Source of the DNA: Acidobacteriota bacterium
Lineage (GTDB): Bacteria > Acidobacteriota > Thermoanaerobaculia > Multivoradales > UBA5704
Assembly (NCBI GenBank): GCA_040005235.1
Contig: JBDTZG010000001.1
Location: forward strand, 96,001 to 160,000
Direction: 5' to 3'
DNA length: 64,000 nt
Shown here: one piece after another, positions 1-9,096 of the stretch
Layout: each line of letters starts with the position of its first letter
Numbering within the stretch: position 1 is the first letter of the stretch
Notes under the pieces: generated by a model
Database searches by the model: none
What the model saw: the letters and a program-made list of their open reading frames with translations, nothing else
What the model was told of the DNA's origin: nothing
Program-made: the position numbers and the translations under genes

Positions 1-145
1 GCTATCGCGGCGGGCTTTCGGCTCGTTCTTCGAGCGCTCGCTTTGCTGTGCCGGCGAAAGAGTCGTTCGGGCTCGCAGCGAGCTTCTTCAGCTCGGAGAG
101 CACGTTTCGTCGAGGCTTGGCGCGTCGTGCCGTAGGATGCGCGGC

Positions 146-721
146 ATGTCAACGACTTTCCCCTCGCGCGCAAGGATCATCCTCATCGCGTGCGGCGTGG
201 TTCTTCTCGCCCTTCCGCTTGCCGCCCAAGATGTCTCGGGCGGCGACCCCCACCGCCTGACCGCCCCTACCTCCAAGACCTGCGAGCTGCGCGTCGAACG
301 CAAGGATCCCCTCGATCCGTCCGAATCGTGCTGGTCGCTCGCGTGCCAGGGAAAACGAACGACGAAGATCGGCTGCGGCGTCACCGCGCTCAGCGAGGTG
401 GGGGAGATCAGCGTCTCGCCCGATCGTAAATGGCTCGCCGTCGTCTCCGTCGGCGAAGGGCACCCGATGCTCGAAGTCGTCGATCTTCTGCGCTTCACCG
501 AAGTTCACGTCTACGAACCCCTGACGACGGTCAATCCCTACCCGGGAACGATCAACCTCGCCGGCTGGGAGACTCACACCCTCTTGGTGTCGAGCGAGAT
601 GCCGCTCGATCTCCTGCCGCTCGCCAAGGGCGAGGTCGAATCCGCGATGCTCGAAGAGCCGCTGGTCTACCGGATCGCGGTTCCCGGCTGGAAGATCACG
701 GCCTCCCCGGCCAGGCATTGA
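146..721 (+). CDS. Secreted hypothetical protein
   Basis: Signal-peptide-like N-terminus (IILIACGVVLLALPLAA). One WD40/TolB-like blade motif (ISVSPDRKWLAVVS). ATG 146 lies 7 nt after a TAGGAT -10-like hexamer (133-138). Confidence 0.7.
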   Translation: MSTTFPSRARIILIACGVVLLALPLAAQDVSGGDPHRLTAPTSKTCELRVERKDPLDPSESCWSLACQGKRTTKIGCGVTALSEVGEISVSPDRKWLAVVSVGEGHPMLEVVDLLRFTEVHVYEPLTTVNPYPGTINLAGWETHTLLVSSEMPLDLLPLAKGEVESAMLEEPLVYRIAVPGWKITASPARH

Positions 722-788
722 AGCCGTCGGGTGGCCAATTCCTGCGATAGGCCAATCTCCTCAAGTTCTGCTACGTTACCACCCCGGG

Positions 789-1358
789 ATGAACGTCATA
801 CTCGAAACGACGCGGCTCTCTCTACGGGAGCTGGTTCCCGACGATCTCGACTTCGTCGCCGAGATGCTCGCCGACCCGGAGGTCATGCGGTACTACCCGA
901 AGACCTATAGCCGTTGCGAGGCGCAGGGCTGCATGGCGGCGCAAATCGAGAAATACCGGAGCGACGGCTACGGCCTCTGGCGGGTCTCTCTGCTGGGTTC
1001 GCCCGCGCCGATCGGCCTGGTCGGTTTGGTGCGCCAAGAGGTCGACGGCGAGACGTTCCACGAGATCGGCTACCTGATCCACCGGCCTTACTGGCGGCGC
1101 GGCTATGCCACCGAGGCGGCCCTCGGCGTGCGCCGTTTCGCCTTCGAGGTCTGCGGGTTGCCCCACGTCGTCTCGCTAGTCCGCCCCGAAAACGTCCCTT
1201 CGGTGGCGGTCGCCAAGAGGCTGGGCATGGCTCCCGAACGCGAGATCCGGTTTGGGGGGTTCCAGCACCTGGTCTACGGCCTATCGAGCGTGACCTACCT
1301 TGCTTCAACCGCGCCGATAGACCTCCGCCCCGGATGCGTCGCGGAGGGCTGCGCGTAA
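789..1358 (+). CDS. GNAT family N-acetyltransferase (RimJ/RimL type)
   Basis: ILETTRLSLR start, EIGY...YWRRGYATEAA acetyl-CoA motif, and PENVPSVAVAKRLGM. Confidence 0.9.
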   Translation: MNVILETTRLSLRELVPDDLDFVAEMLADPEVMRYYPKTYSRCEAQGCMAAQIEKYRSDGYGLWRVSLLGSPAPIGLVGLVRQEVDGETFHEIGYLIHRPYWRRGYATEAALGVRRFAFEVCGLPHVVSLVRPENVPSVAVAKRLGMAPEREIRFGGFQHLVYGLSSVTYLASTAPIDLRPGCVAEGCA

Positions 1359-3164
1359 GGCTCTTGTTTCCAGATCGAGCGCCATCACGAACGCCTCGCC
1401 GGGGAGAAGCTCGCCGAGGGCATTGATGATTCGCTGGGCGTATTGGGTGTAATAGGCACGGCTCTTCAAGTTGACGCTCAAGCGGATGCCGAGAATCAGA
1501 AGCGGCCGGTCGGGCAGGTCGTTGTCCACCTTGCGCACCAGGTAGGCCGTTTTCAGCTCGGGAAACTGCGCGAGCGCAACACGGAGAGCCTCGACCGCCG
1601 CGGCGTCGAGGCCGTTGGGCCGGAAGGAGTCGCCCGGCGCGATCCGGTTGCGCCGTCGTTCGGCCTCGGTCAGACGTTCGACCTGTTCGCTGAGCTGGAG
1701 ACCCGCGAGGGCGGCGCCCTTCGCGTCACCCTTACTCTGGAAAAGCAGGGAGAGGAACGCCAGGCCGGCGATCTCGTACTTCCGGTCGAGCGAGATCGCT
1801 TTTTCAAGGTGTGCTTGGGCTACTTTGTCGCCGCGGCCCGCGAGGATGCGGCCGAGCGCGAAATGCGCTCCGGCCAGCTGATCGGAGAGGGCGAGCGCCG
1901 CCTGGTACAGCGGCAGCGCCGCCGCTTCGCCGTCGAGCGATTCAGTCAGCTCGGCGCGCCGGAGGGTCTGCTCCGGCGTAGGGTCGCCGCGGCCGGCCAG
2001 CTCCACCAGCTCGGCGCGCTCGCGCGTCGCTTCGCCGTGACGCTCGCGCCAAGCGGGTGAGCCCGCGGCGAGCAGGGTCGATTCAAGCTCCTCGGCGAGT
2101 CCCGGAAGCGCCGCTCCCAGGTAATGCTCGGCGGCGTTTACTTCCGGCACGCCGGGAACGCGCGGGGCGACGTGGAGGGCGCTCAAGCGTTGGGCGAGGC
2201 TCGGATGCGTGTCTTCAAGGCCGGTCGCTTCGGCGAGCGCTTCGTCGAGCCGGGTTGCCGCCTCGCCCGAGACCGCTTCCCTGCCGGTCGTACGCCAGAG
2301 GTCGATCAATCCGTGGCGGGGCGGTTCGGGCAGGTGCTCAGCCTGGCGCCAGAACGCCGGCAGCAGCTCACGGCCGAGGGCAGCATCTCCGAGCCGCAGG
2401 CGGACCAGCGCGTCGCCGAGGGCCTCGGCGCCTGCGATCTCCGCGGCATGGCGGTCGGCCTCGTACTCCTGCTGGCGGGAGAGCACGAAGGCACGCGACG
2501 AGAAGCGGGGGAGGAACCAGGCGAAAAAACTGCGAAACAGGAAGGTCGACTTCGAGTTGCTTTTCGCCAGCTGCTCGCCGAGTTGGTCCCAGGTGGTACG
2601 GGCCCGGTAGAGCCAGGTGCCGGTCCGGCCGTGCGCGCGCGAAAGGTGGCCCAGCTCGTGGGCGAGCACGGCGCGAATCTCGTCGGGAGAGAGGGCGTAG
2701 AGCAGCGGCAGGCCCAGGATCAGGTGATTGCGCTGCCACCCGAGGAGGCCGAGCCGCGGCACCTGGGCGATCGCGGCATTGAAGTCCGGCACGAGCAGCA
2801 CCCGGTGGATGTCCGGCGTGCGCAGCTTTTTGCGCAGCGCGTCGAGCCCTGAGAACAACTCCGGGACGCGGGCGCGATCGAGAGGTAGCCCCTGGGGCGG
2901 CTCTATCCGCACCCAGAGCGAACGGAGCACCATGGCGGCGAAAGCCAGGAGAAGAATCTCCAGCTTGATCAGTCCGGCATTGAAATGGACCCGAATCATC
3001 CCGACCAGGAGCCCGACCGCCAGGGCGAGCGCGCCGAGACCGATCGTCAAGACGTAGCCGTAGCCGAGCGCGGCGAGCGCCACCACCTTCCGGCGGTAGC
3101 CGGCGGGATGGCGCGCCGCTTCGGCGGCGAGCCTGGCGAAGTCTTCGGGGGAGATCGAATTCAT
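1305..3164 (-). CDS. M48 family (HtpX-like) membrane Zn-metalloprotease with C-terminal TPR region
   Basis: N-terminal TM helices, AVLAHELGH (HExxH), SRQQEYEADR, DTHPSLAQRL, and TPR-like AHFALGRILAGRG. Confidence 0.85.
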   Translation of the reverse strand: MNSISPEDFARLAAEAARHPAGYRRKVVALAALGYGYVLTIGLGALALAVGLLVGMIRVHFNAGLIKLEILLLAFAAMVLRSLWVRIEPPQGLPLDRARVPELFSGLDALRKKLRTPDIHRVLLVPDFNAAIAQVPRLGLLGWQRNHLILGLPLLYALSPDEIRAVLAHELGHLSRAHGRTGTWLYRARTTWDQLGEQLAKSNSKSTFLFRSFFAWFLPRFSSRAFVLSRQQEYEADRHAAEIAGAEALGDALVRLRLGDAALGRELLPAFWRQAEHLPEPPRHGLIDLWRTTGREAVSGEAATRLDEALAEATGLEDTHPSLAQRLSALHVAPRVPGVPEVNAAEHYLGAALPGLAEELESTLLAAGSPAWRERHGEATRERAELVELAGRGDPTPEQTLRRAELTESLDGEAAALPLYQAALALSDQLAGAHFALGRILAGRGDKVAQAHLEKAISLDRKYEIAGLAFLSLLFQSKGDAKGAALAGLQLSEQVERLTEAERRRNRIAPGDSFRPNGLDAAAVEALRVALAQFPELKTAYLVRKVDNDLPDRPLLILGIRLSVNLKSRAYYTQYAQRIINALGELLPGEAFVMALDLETRALRAALRDASGAEVYRRG

Positions 3165-3197
3165 TTTCGCACCACCGACGCACCGCCGGGCGGGCCG

Positions 3198-4001
3198 TTA
3201 CTCCACCACCACCCCCGACAGATCCTCGTCCGGCTGAGGGTCCTGGATCTTCATCGCTTCGAGCGCTTCCACCAGGGCGGTCGCGACCACCAGGTTGCGG
3301 AACCATTTGCGGTTCGCGGGCACCACGTACCAGGGCGCCCAGGGGGTGGTGGTCTTCTCCAGCGCATCCTCGTAGGCGGCCTGATAGTCGTCCCAGAGGG
3401 CCCGGTCTTCGAGGTCGCCGGTGCGGAACTTCCAGCTCTTGAGCGGGTCGGCGAGCCGCGCCTCCAGCCGTTCTTTCTGTTCGTCGCGGTCGATGTGGAG
3501 GAAGAATTTGAGGATCGTCGTACCGTTGTCGGCGCAGAGCTTCTCGAACTGGTTGATCTGCTCGTAGCGCGCCTTCCAGATTTTCTTGGGCGCCAGGCTG
3601 CGCACGCGGACCACCAGCACGTCCTCGTAGTGGCTGCGGTTGAAGATCACCATCTCGCCCTTGGCCGGCATCTTCGGGTGGACGCGCCAGAGAAAGTCGT
3701 GGGCGCGCTCCTCTTCGGTCGGCGCCTTGAACGAGGCGACGCGCACGCCCATCGGGTTCACGCCGTCGAAGACATGGCGGATCGTGCCGTCCTTGCCGCT
3801 CGTGTCCATCCCTTGAAGGACGATCAGCACGCCGCGCTCCCCTTCGGCCCAGAGCTTCTCTTGCAGGACCTCCAACCGGTCGTTGAGCTGGTCGAGCACG
3901 GGCTGGACCTTCTCCTTGCCCCCTTTGAACCCCGCGGTCAATCCGGCGTCCCAGCGGGAGAGGTCGACCGGCTTGCCCGGTTCCAGGCGATAGCGCTTCA
4001 T
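3198..4001 (-). CDS. ppk2: Polyphosphate kinase 2 family (class III-like polyP:nucleotide phosphotransferase)
   Basis: Walker A LQGMDTSGKDG, FNRSHYEDVL, and APWYVVPANRKWFRN. Confidence 0.92.
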   Translation of the reverse strand: MKRYRLEPGKPVDLSRWDAGLTAGFKGGKEKVQPVLDQLNDRLEVLQEKLWAEGERGVLIVLQGMDTSGKDGTIRHVFDGVNPMGVRVASFKAPTEEERAHDFLWRVHPKMPAKGEMVIFNRSHYEDVLVVRVRSLAPKKIWKARYEQINQFEKLCADNGTTILKFFLHIDRDEQKERLEARLADPLKSWKFRTGDLEDRALWDDYQAAYEDALEKTTTPWAPWYVVPANRKWFRNLVVATALVEALEAMKIQDPQPDEDLSGVVVE

Positions 4002-4116
4002 CGTGCGTCCTCCGTAAACGGTGCGTTGGAGAGCTTATCGCCTTTCTTCTCTCACACCTTTTGCTTCCTTCGCGGTCTATGATTCCACCACCGTTTTTGC
4101 GAAAGGTAGGAACCCG

Positions 4117-6648
4117 ATGCGTCCCATTCGCGTACTCCTCGCCGTGCCCGTGTTGGCGGCCTCGCTGCTGTTCGGCTTTGCCGGAATCGCATGGCCTGAG
4201 TCCGGCGCACCGTCCGAGGGGCCGAAAGATCCCGTCTACGCGGCGCTCCGCGCGGCCAAGCCCGACGGCCGGACGCTGGCCGTCACTAACCTGGTGCTCG
4301 AACGCGACGTGTTCCGATTCGAATTCGCGAGCGGCACGTTTCATTTTCTCGCCCCGGTAGAGGGCCGGACGATCGGCGCGGTCTTCCTCGGCCAGGGGAC
4401 GTTCCGGCTGACCCCCGCCACTCCCGGCGAGCGGCGCCGGCTGGCTCTCGACTCGGGCGGCGATCCGAAGACGTTCGAGACGCTCACCGACAGCTTCACC
4501 CGGCTGGTCCTGCTGTTCGGCGACGACACCGCGGCGGAGCTGCAGTTGGCGGCGCCGATCCAAACCGGCACCCCCAACCGCGAGGCGCTCGACGCGTGGG
4601 AAGCGCACATGAAGCGGGAGAGGAAGGACTACCACGTCAATTTCCACCTGCGCATCCTCGCCGACCTGCTCGACGTCCCCGGCCTGACCAGCGGTGCGTT
4701 CCTGGCATTTTTGGAGGGGCAGAAGATCGGCCCGGCACTCGCCGCGGTCGATCCCCGCGGGGCGGAAGCGCTCGGGGTGGGCGCGGGCGGCAAGGAAGAC
4801 GCGATGCTCTACGTCGTCGACGAGACCAAGGGGGGCTCCTGGTACGAATCGGAGAGCGCCGCCGAGATCAAGGGCGGACGGCGAACCTCGCTCTGGCGCT
4901 CGACCGACGCCACCCACTACGACGTGGAAACGGCGGTCGCCCGGGACGAGGACGTCGCCGGCACCACGACGATTCATTTTCAGGTGACCACGGCGAAGCT
5001 CCGCGTGCTGCCGGTCAACCTTCAGCCGGAGCTGCGCCTCCGCTCGGCGCGCTTTGCGCCCGAAGGGGAGGAGCGCTGGACCGCCCTACCGTTCGTCCAG
5101 GAAACCGAGAAGGAAGACGCCAATAGCGCCGTGATCTTCCCGCGCACGCTCTCCAAGGGAGAAAAGATCCGGCTGGAGCTGGCCTACGCCGGAGACAAAG
5201 TGCTGATCGACATGGGCGAGAAGAACTACGCCGTCCTCTCGCGGGTCGGCTGGTACCCGAACCTCGGCTTCTTCACCGATCCGGCGACTTTCACGCTCAC
5301 CTACCGGGTGCCGGTAGGCAACGAGATCATCTCGGTGGGCAACCCGGTCGAGACGCGGACGGAAGGTAAGCAGACGGTCTCGATCTGGAAGGCGGAGACG
5401 CCGATCCAGGTTGCCGGCTTCAACTACGGCAAATTCAAGAAGCACTCGAAGAAGGACGAGATCTCCGGCATCGAGGTCGAGGTCTGGACCAACCCGGGCA
5501 CGCCGGACGTGGTGCGCTCGATCAACAACGCGCTCGACAGAATCTCGGACGGCGAGAACGACGAGATCGATCCGGATGGACTGCTCGGCCCCGGCACCCG
5601 ATTCGGCGAGGGGATCGGCAATGTCAACACCGAGAAACTGGCCGATTCGGCGCTCGCCGACGGATTGAACTCCGCCCGGCTGTTCACCACCTATTTCGGG
5701 CCGATCCCGGCGACCCGGGTGGCGATCACGCAGCAATCCCAGTGGACGTTCGGCCAATCCTGGCCGGCGCTGATCTACATGCCGTACATGAGTTTTCTCA
5801 ACGGCACCCAGCGCCAGCGCGTGGGGCTGGGCGGCGCCAAGGATTTCGTCGCGTCGGTCGGCTATCACGAGTTCGCCCACCAGTGGTGGGGCCACCTGCT
5901 CGGCTGGGAGAGCTACCGCGACCAGTGGCTGTCGGAAGGCTTCGCCGAATTCTCCGCGGCCCTGGCCCTCCAGCACACGGCCGGCTGGGGCGCCTACGAC
6001 AAGTTCTGGCGCGAATCGAGGAAGCGGATCCTGGAGAAGACCCCCGGCAACGCCTTCGCGCCGTGGGAGGCCGGTGCGATCATCGACGGCTACCGCTCGG
6101 GCTCCTCGCGGGCGCCTTCGGCTCCTTTCTCCTTGATCTACGAGAAGGGAGGCTACGTCCTCCACATGCTACGCATGGCGATGTACGACGGTCGCTCGAA
6201 AGACCCAGACGCTCAGTTCATCGCAATGATGAAAGATTTCACCTCGACCTACGCGGGCAAGAACCCCTCGACCGCCGACTTCGCTGCGATCGTCGAAAAA
6301 CATCTGACACCCTCGTTGAACGCCACCCAGGACGGCAAGATCGCCTGGTTCTTCAACCAATGGCTCTACGGCAACGAGATGCCGAAGCTCACCTCCGACC
6401 TGAAGATCGAAGGCGCCGCCGACGGCGGTTGGCGCATCCACGGCACGATTACCCAGGCCGAAGTGGGGCCGGACTTCCGCACCCTCGTGCCGATCTATCT
6501 GGAGCTGGACAAAGGCCAGAACGTCCAAGCCGGCCTGCTCGCCATGGTCGGCTCGGCGACCAAGCCGGTCGACGTGGTGCTCAAACCGCCGAAGAAACCC
6601 CGCCGCGCGTTCGTCAACGCGCGCGGCGAGGTGTTGGCTCGGGATTGA
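4117..6648 (+). CDS. Secreted M1 family Zn-aminopeptidase
   Basis: Signal peptide, HEFAHQWWG plus WLSEGFAE zinc ligands, YEKGGYVLHMLR. GQSWP stands in place of GAMEN. ATG 4117 follows an AGGA RBS. Confidence 0.85.
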   Translation: MRPIRVLLAVPVLAASLLFGFAGIAWPESGAPSEGPKDPVYAALRAAKPDGRTLAVTNLVLERDVFRFEFASGTFHFLAPVEGRTIGAVFLGQGTFRLTPATPGERRRLALDSGGDPKTFETLTDSFTRLVLLFGDDTAAELQLAAPIQTGTPNREALDAWEAHMKRERKDYHVNFHLRILADLLDVPGLTSGAFLAFLEGQKIGPALAAVDPRGAEALGVGAGGKEDAMLYVVDETKGGSWYESESAAEIKGGRRTSLWRSTDATHYDVETAVARDEDVAGTTTIHFQVTTAKLRVLPVNLQPELRLRSARFAPEGEERWTALPFVQETEKEDANSAVIFPRTLSKGEKIRLELAYAGDKVLIDMGEKNYAVLSRVGWYPNLGFFTDPATFTLTYRVPVGNEIISVGNPVETRTEGKQTVSIWKAETPIQVAGFNYGKFKKHSKKDEISGIEVEVWTNPGTPDVVRSINNALDRISDGENDEIDPDGLLGPGTRFGEGIGNVNTEKLADSALADGLNSARLFTTYFGPIPATRVAITQQSQWTFGQSWPALIYMPYMSFLNGTQRQRVGLGGAKDFVASVGYHEFAHQWWGHLLGWESYRDQWLSEGFAEFSAALALQHTAGWGAYDKFWRESRKRILEKTPGNAFAPWEAGAIIDGYRSGSSRAPSAPFSLIYEKGGYVLHMLRMAMYDGRSKDPDAQFIAMMKDFTSTYAGKNPSTADFAAIVEKHLTPSLNATQDGKIAWFFNQWLYGNEMPKLTSDLKIEGAADGGWRIHGTITQAEVGPDFRTLVPIYLELDKGQNVQAGLLAMVGSATKPVDVVLKPPKKPRRAFVNARGEVLARD

Positions 6649-6658
6649 TCACTCTCCC

Positions 6659-7693
6659 TTACGGGACGATGTAGGCTTCGAAGATCGCGTCCCAGTTGAG
6701 CGAGGAGCTGCCCGGCTTGGCCGAGTTGAACGAGTAGGCATAGACCTGCCAGTCGTTATCGGGGTCGGGGATGTTCCAGATCGAGACCCAACCCGAGTCG
6801 GGGGTGCCGGTGATGTCGATCAGGTTCACCACGTGGTCGAAGCGGAAGGTCAGGTCGGCCACGAGAGTTCCGTCCTCGCGGTAGCGCTTGTACGGATAGG
6901 TTTGGTCGCAGGTGCCGAGCGCCTGGCAGCGGGCCGACGGCCCTCCGGTCTGGTGGGTGTTCCAAGTGAAGATGACCATGCGGCTCTTGCCCGCGAGCGG
7001 CGTCGATCCGAACTGGCGCAGCTGAATGCGGTCGATCAGGGCGTTGGAATCGCCCGTGCATGGAGTGGTGCCCTTGACCAGCTGGTCGGCGCACTGGCGC
7101 GCCGAGGCGTCGATCTCCTCGCGTCGGCCAAAGCTGTAGAAGTCCCGCAGGAGCGGGTCGAGGGTCGCCGGCACCACTTCGAGCGGCACCATGGCGATGC
7201 CGTTGGCCGAGCCTTCGGACAGCCGGGTGTAGTAGATGTAGCCTTCGAGAAAGTTGACGAAAAGAAACGGGAAGGCAGCCTGCTCCGGATTGAGGCTGGT
7301 CGCCGCCGAGACGCCGTCGATGGTGACGAAGCCGTGGTAGAAGGCGCCGTCCGTGAGCTGGGTCTTGGTAGCCGTGGAGGCCAGGGAGATCAGGTCGCGC
7401 ATCGCGGCGCTCCAGGTCTGCGTCGGACTCAGCGTGACATTGCCTTGGAGTGTGGTGGCGACCCCGTCGATGTCCCAGACGTGGTAGTGGATCACTCGCG
7501 CCGTGTTGCTCTGGTTGTTCACCGCGAGCAGCGTGTCGTGCGGATTCACCCCAGAGTCGATGCCGGTCTCAAAAAACGGCACGATCAGCGAGGCGGAGGG
7601 CACGTGATCGGGAGTCCCGGGAATCGCCAGAAGCGCCGCGGGAATGGCGAGGACGGAGAGGAAGAGCGTAAGCAGAAGGGGAAGCTTGCGCAT
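6659..7693 (-). CDS. Secreted hypothetical protein
   Basis: Strong AAGGAG RBS, signal peptide, DHVPSASLIVPFFE N-terminal motif and paired cysteines. No recognised catalytic motif. Confidence 0.75.
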   Translation of the reverse strand: MRKLPLLLTLFLSVLAIPAALLAIPGTPDHVPSASLIVPFFETGIDSGVNPHDTLLAVNNQSNTARVIHYHVWDIDGVATTLQGNVTLSPTQTWSAAMRDLISLASTATKTQLTDGAFYHGFVTIDGVSAATSLNPEQAAFPFLFVNFLEGYIYYTRLSEGSANGIAMVPLEVVPATLDPLLRDFYSFGRREEIDASARQCADQLVKGTTPCTGDSNALIDRIQLRQFGSTPLAGKSRMVIFTWNTHQTGGPSARCQALGTCDQTYPYKRYREDGTLVADLTFRFDHVVNLIDITGTPDSGWVSIWNIPDPDNDWQVYAYSFNSAKPGSSSLNWDAIFEAYIVP

Positions 7694-7824
7694 GAAGTCG
7701 TTTCTCCTTTCAGGGAGGTCGTTCAGGTTAGCCGGGCAACGGCGCTGCCGCCACCGGAAACTTTTGCCGGAGAAACCGGGCCGGAGGCGTGCCCTGGCTT
7801 ACCGGAGCAAGCGCGATGCCCGGC

Positions 7825-8499
7825 TTATCGAATCTGCCGGTACAACCGGACCAGCCGCTCGGGCGACACCCCGAAGGCGAACAGCAGCCAGATCAGCCAG
7901 TTGGTGGCGATCGTCTTGGTGATTCCGCCCTCGACGAAGCGGCGAGCGGCGGTGACCGCCGGGCCGGGGAGCAGCGCCAGGCCATGAGCGCGGTTTAAGC
8001 GACCCGCGAAATCTAGGTCTTCGAGGATCGGCCAGTCGCGATAGCCGCCAAGCTGCTCGAACACATCGCGGCGGACGAACTGCGCCTGATCGCCGAGCGG
8101 GCGCTTGGTGATCCGGGTACGCAGGTTGACAATCCGGTTTCCCAACCTGAATAGCGGCCGGTCGGCGTCGAAGCGGACGAAGAACGCCCCGCCCGCGGCA
8201 CCGGCTTCGATCGCCCGTCTAATGGCGCCGCCGCTCCCTGGCGGAAGCACCGTGTCGGCATGAAGAAAGAGCAGAATGTCGGCGTTGGGGGCCGCCGCCG
8301 CGCCGCGGTTGAGCTGCACCCCTCGACCAGGAGATCCGATCACGACCGTCGCCCCCATTTCGCGCGCGATGTCGAGCGTAGCGTCGGTGCTGCCGCCGTC
8401 CGAGACGATCAGTTGATCGGCCTCGGCGCGCGCCCGGGCGAGGTAGGCGCGAACCGCGCGTTCCTCGTTCAAGGTCGGGACGACGATCGCGAGACGCAT
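7825..8499 (-). CDS. GT2 glycosyltransferase, TIGR04283-like
   Basis: IVVPTLNEE, VSDGGSTDAT, GRGVQLNRGA, LFLHADT, GDQAQFVRR, PILEDL and TAARRF motifs. Confidence 0.85.
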   Translation of the reverse strand: MRLAIVVPTLNEERAVRAYLARARAEADQLIVSDGGSTDATLDIAREMGATVVIGSPGRGVQLNRGAAAAPNADILLFLHADTVLPPGSGGAIRRAIEAGAAGGAFFVRFDADRPLFRLGNRIVNLRTRITKRPLGDQAQFVRRDVFEQLGGYRDWPILEDLDFAGRLNRAHGLALLPGPAVTAARRFVEGGITKTIATNWLIWLLFAFGVSPERLVRLYRQIR

Positions 8500-8604
8500 A
8501 GGGTTCAGGATGCCGAGGAATGTTAGCATGCGCCGCGCGCTCTCCTGGCGCGCAACTCCTTGATCCTACGCACGATGTCTCAACCTGGATGCGGAGACTC
8601 CCCG

Positions 8605-9096
8605 ATGGGATCGACCCCGTTTTCACATCTCGACGGCGACGGCGCGGCGCGCATGGTGGACGTCTCCGGCAAAGAGATCACCCGCCGCGTGGCCGAAGCC
8701 TCCTGCCGAGTGATCCTCTCGCCCGACACCGTGCGCGAGCTCTCCCGCCTGCCCAAGGGCGATGCCCTGGCAGTCGCCCGGCTCGCCGGCATCCAAGCCG
8801 CGAAGCGGACGGCCGAGCTGATCCCGCTCGCGCACCCGCTGCCGCTCGACCAGGTGGAGGTCGAGATCCGTTCGATCGAAACCGGAGTCGAGATCACGAG
8901 CCGCGTCGTCACGACCGCACGCACCGGCGCCGAAATGGAGGCGCTCACCGCCTGCGCGGTCGCGGCACTCGCGCTTTACGACATGGTGAAATCGGTAGAG
9001 AAGGGGGCCGTGGTCACCGACCTCCGCCTGGAGGCGAAAAGCGGCGGCAAGAGCGGCGACTTCGTTCGGGACGAATCCCGGCGAGAGGAAACGTAA
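8605..9096 (+). CDS. moaC: Cyclic pyranopterin monophosphate synthase MoaC
   Basis: SHLDGDGAARMVDVSGK, KGDALAVARLAGIQAAKRT, LIPLAHP, TGAEMEALT, YDMVK and KSGGKSG. Confidence 0.95.
   Translation: MGSTPFSHLDGDGAARMVDVSGKEITRRVAEASCRVILSPDTVRELSRLPKGDALAVARLAGIQAAKRTAELIPLAHPLPLDQVEVEIRSIETGVEITSRVVTTARTGAEMEALTACAVAALALYDMVKSVEKGAVVTDLRLEAKSGGKSGDFVRDESRREET

Noticed and set aside
2-105. Short minus-strand helical peptide (VLSELKKLAASPND...)
   Set aside because: About 33 codons with no RBS or motif. It could be a remnant but cannot be supported.
2368-4977. 869-aa minus-strand ORF and many other long overlapping ORFs (e.g. 41202-43736, 45768-49064, 57302-59893, 60691-63147)
   Set aside because: Shadow frames of high-GC genes. 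They are Arg/Gly/Pro-rich, carry no motifs, and overlap well-supported CDSs.
7730-7826. Possible c-di-GMP-I riboswitch (GCCTCCGGCC...GGCAGCG..GTTGCC resemblance)
   Set aside because: It lacks the conserved GGCAAA, GNRA-capped P2 and GACGCAAA elements. Kept only as a generic structured region.
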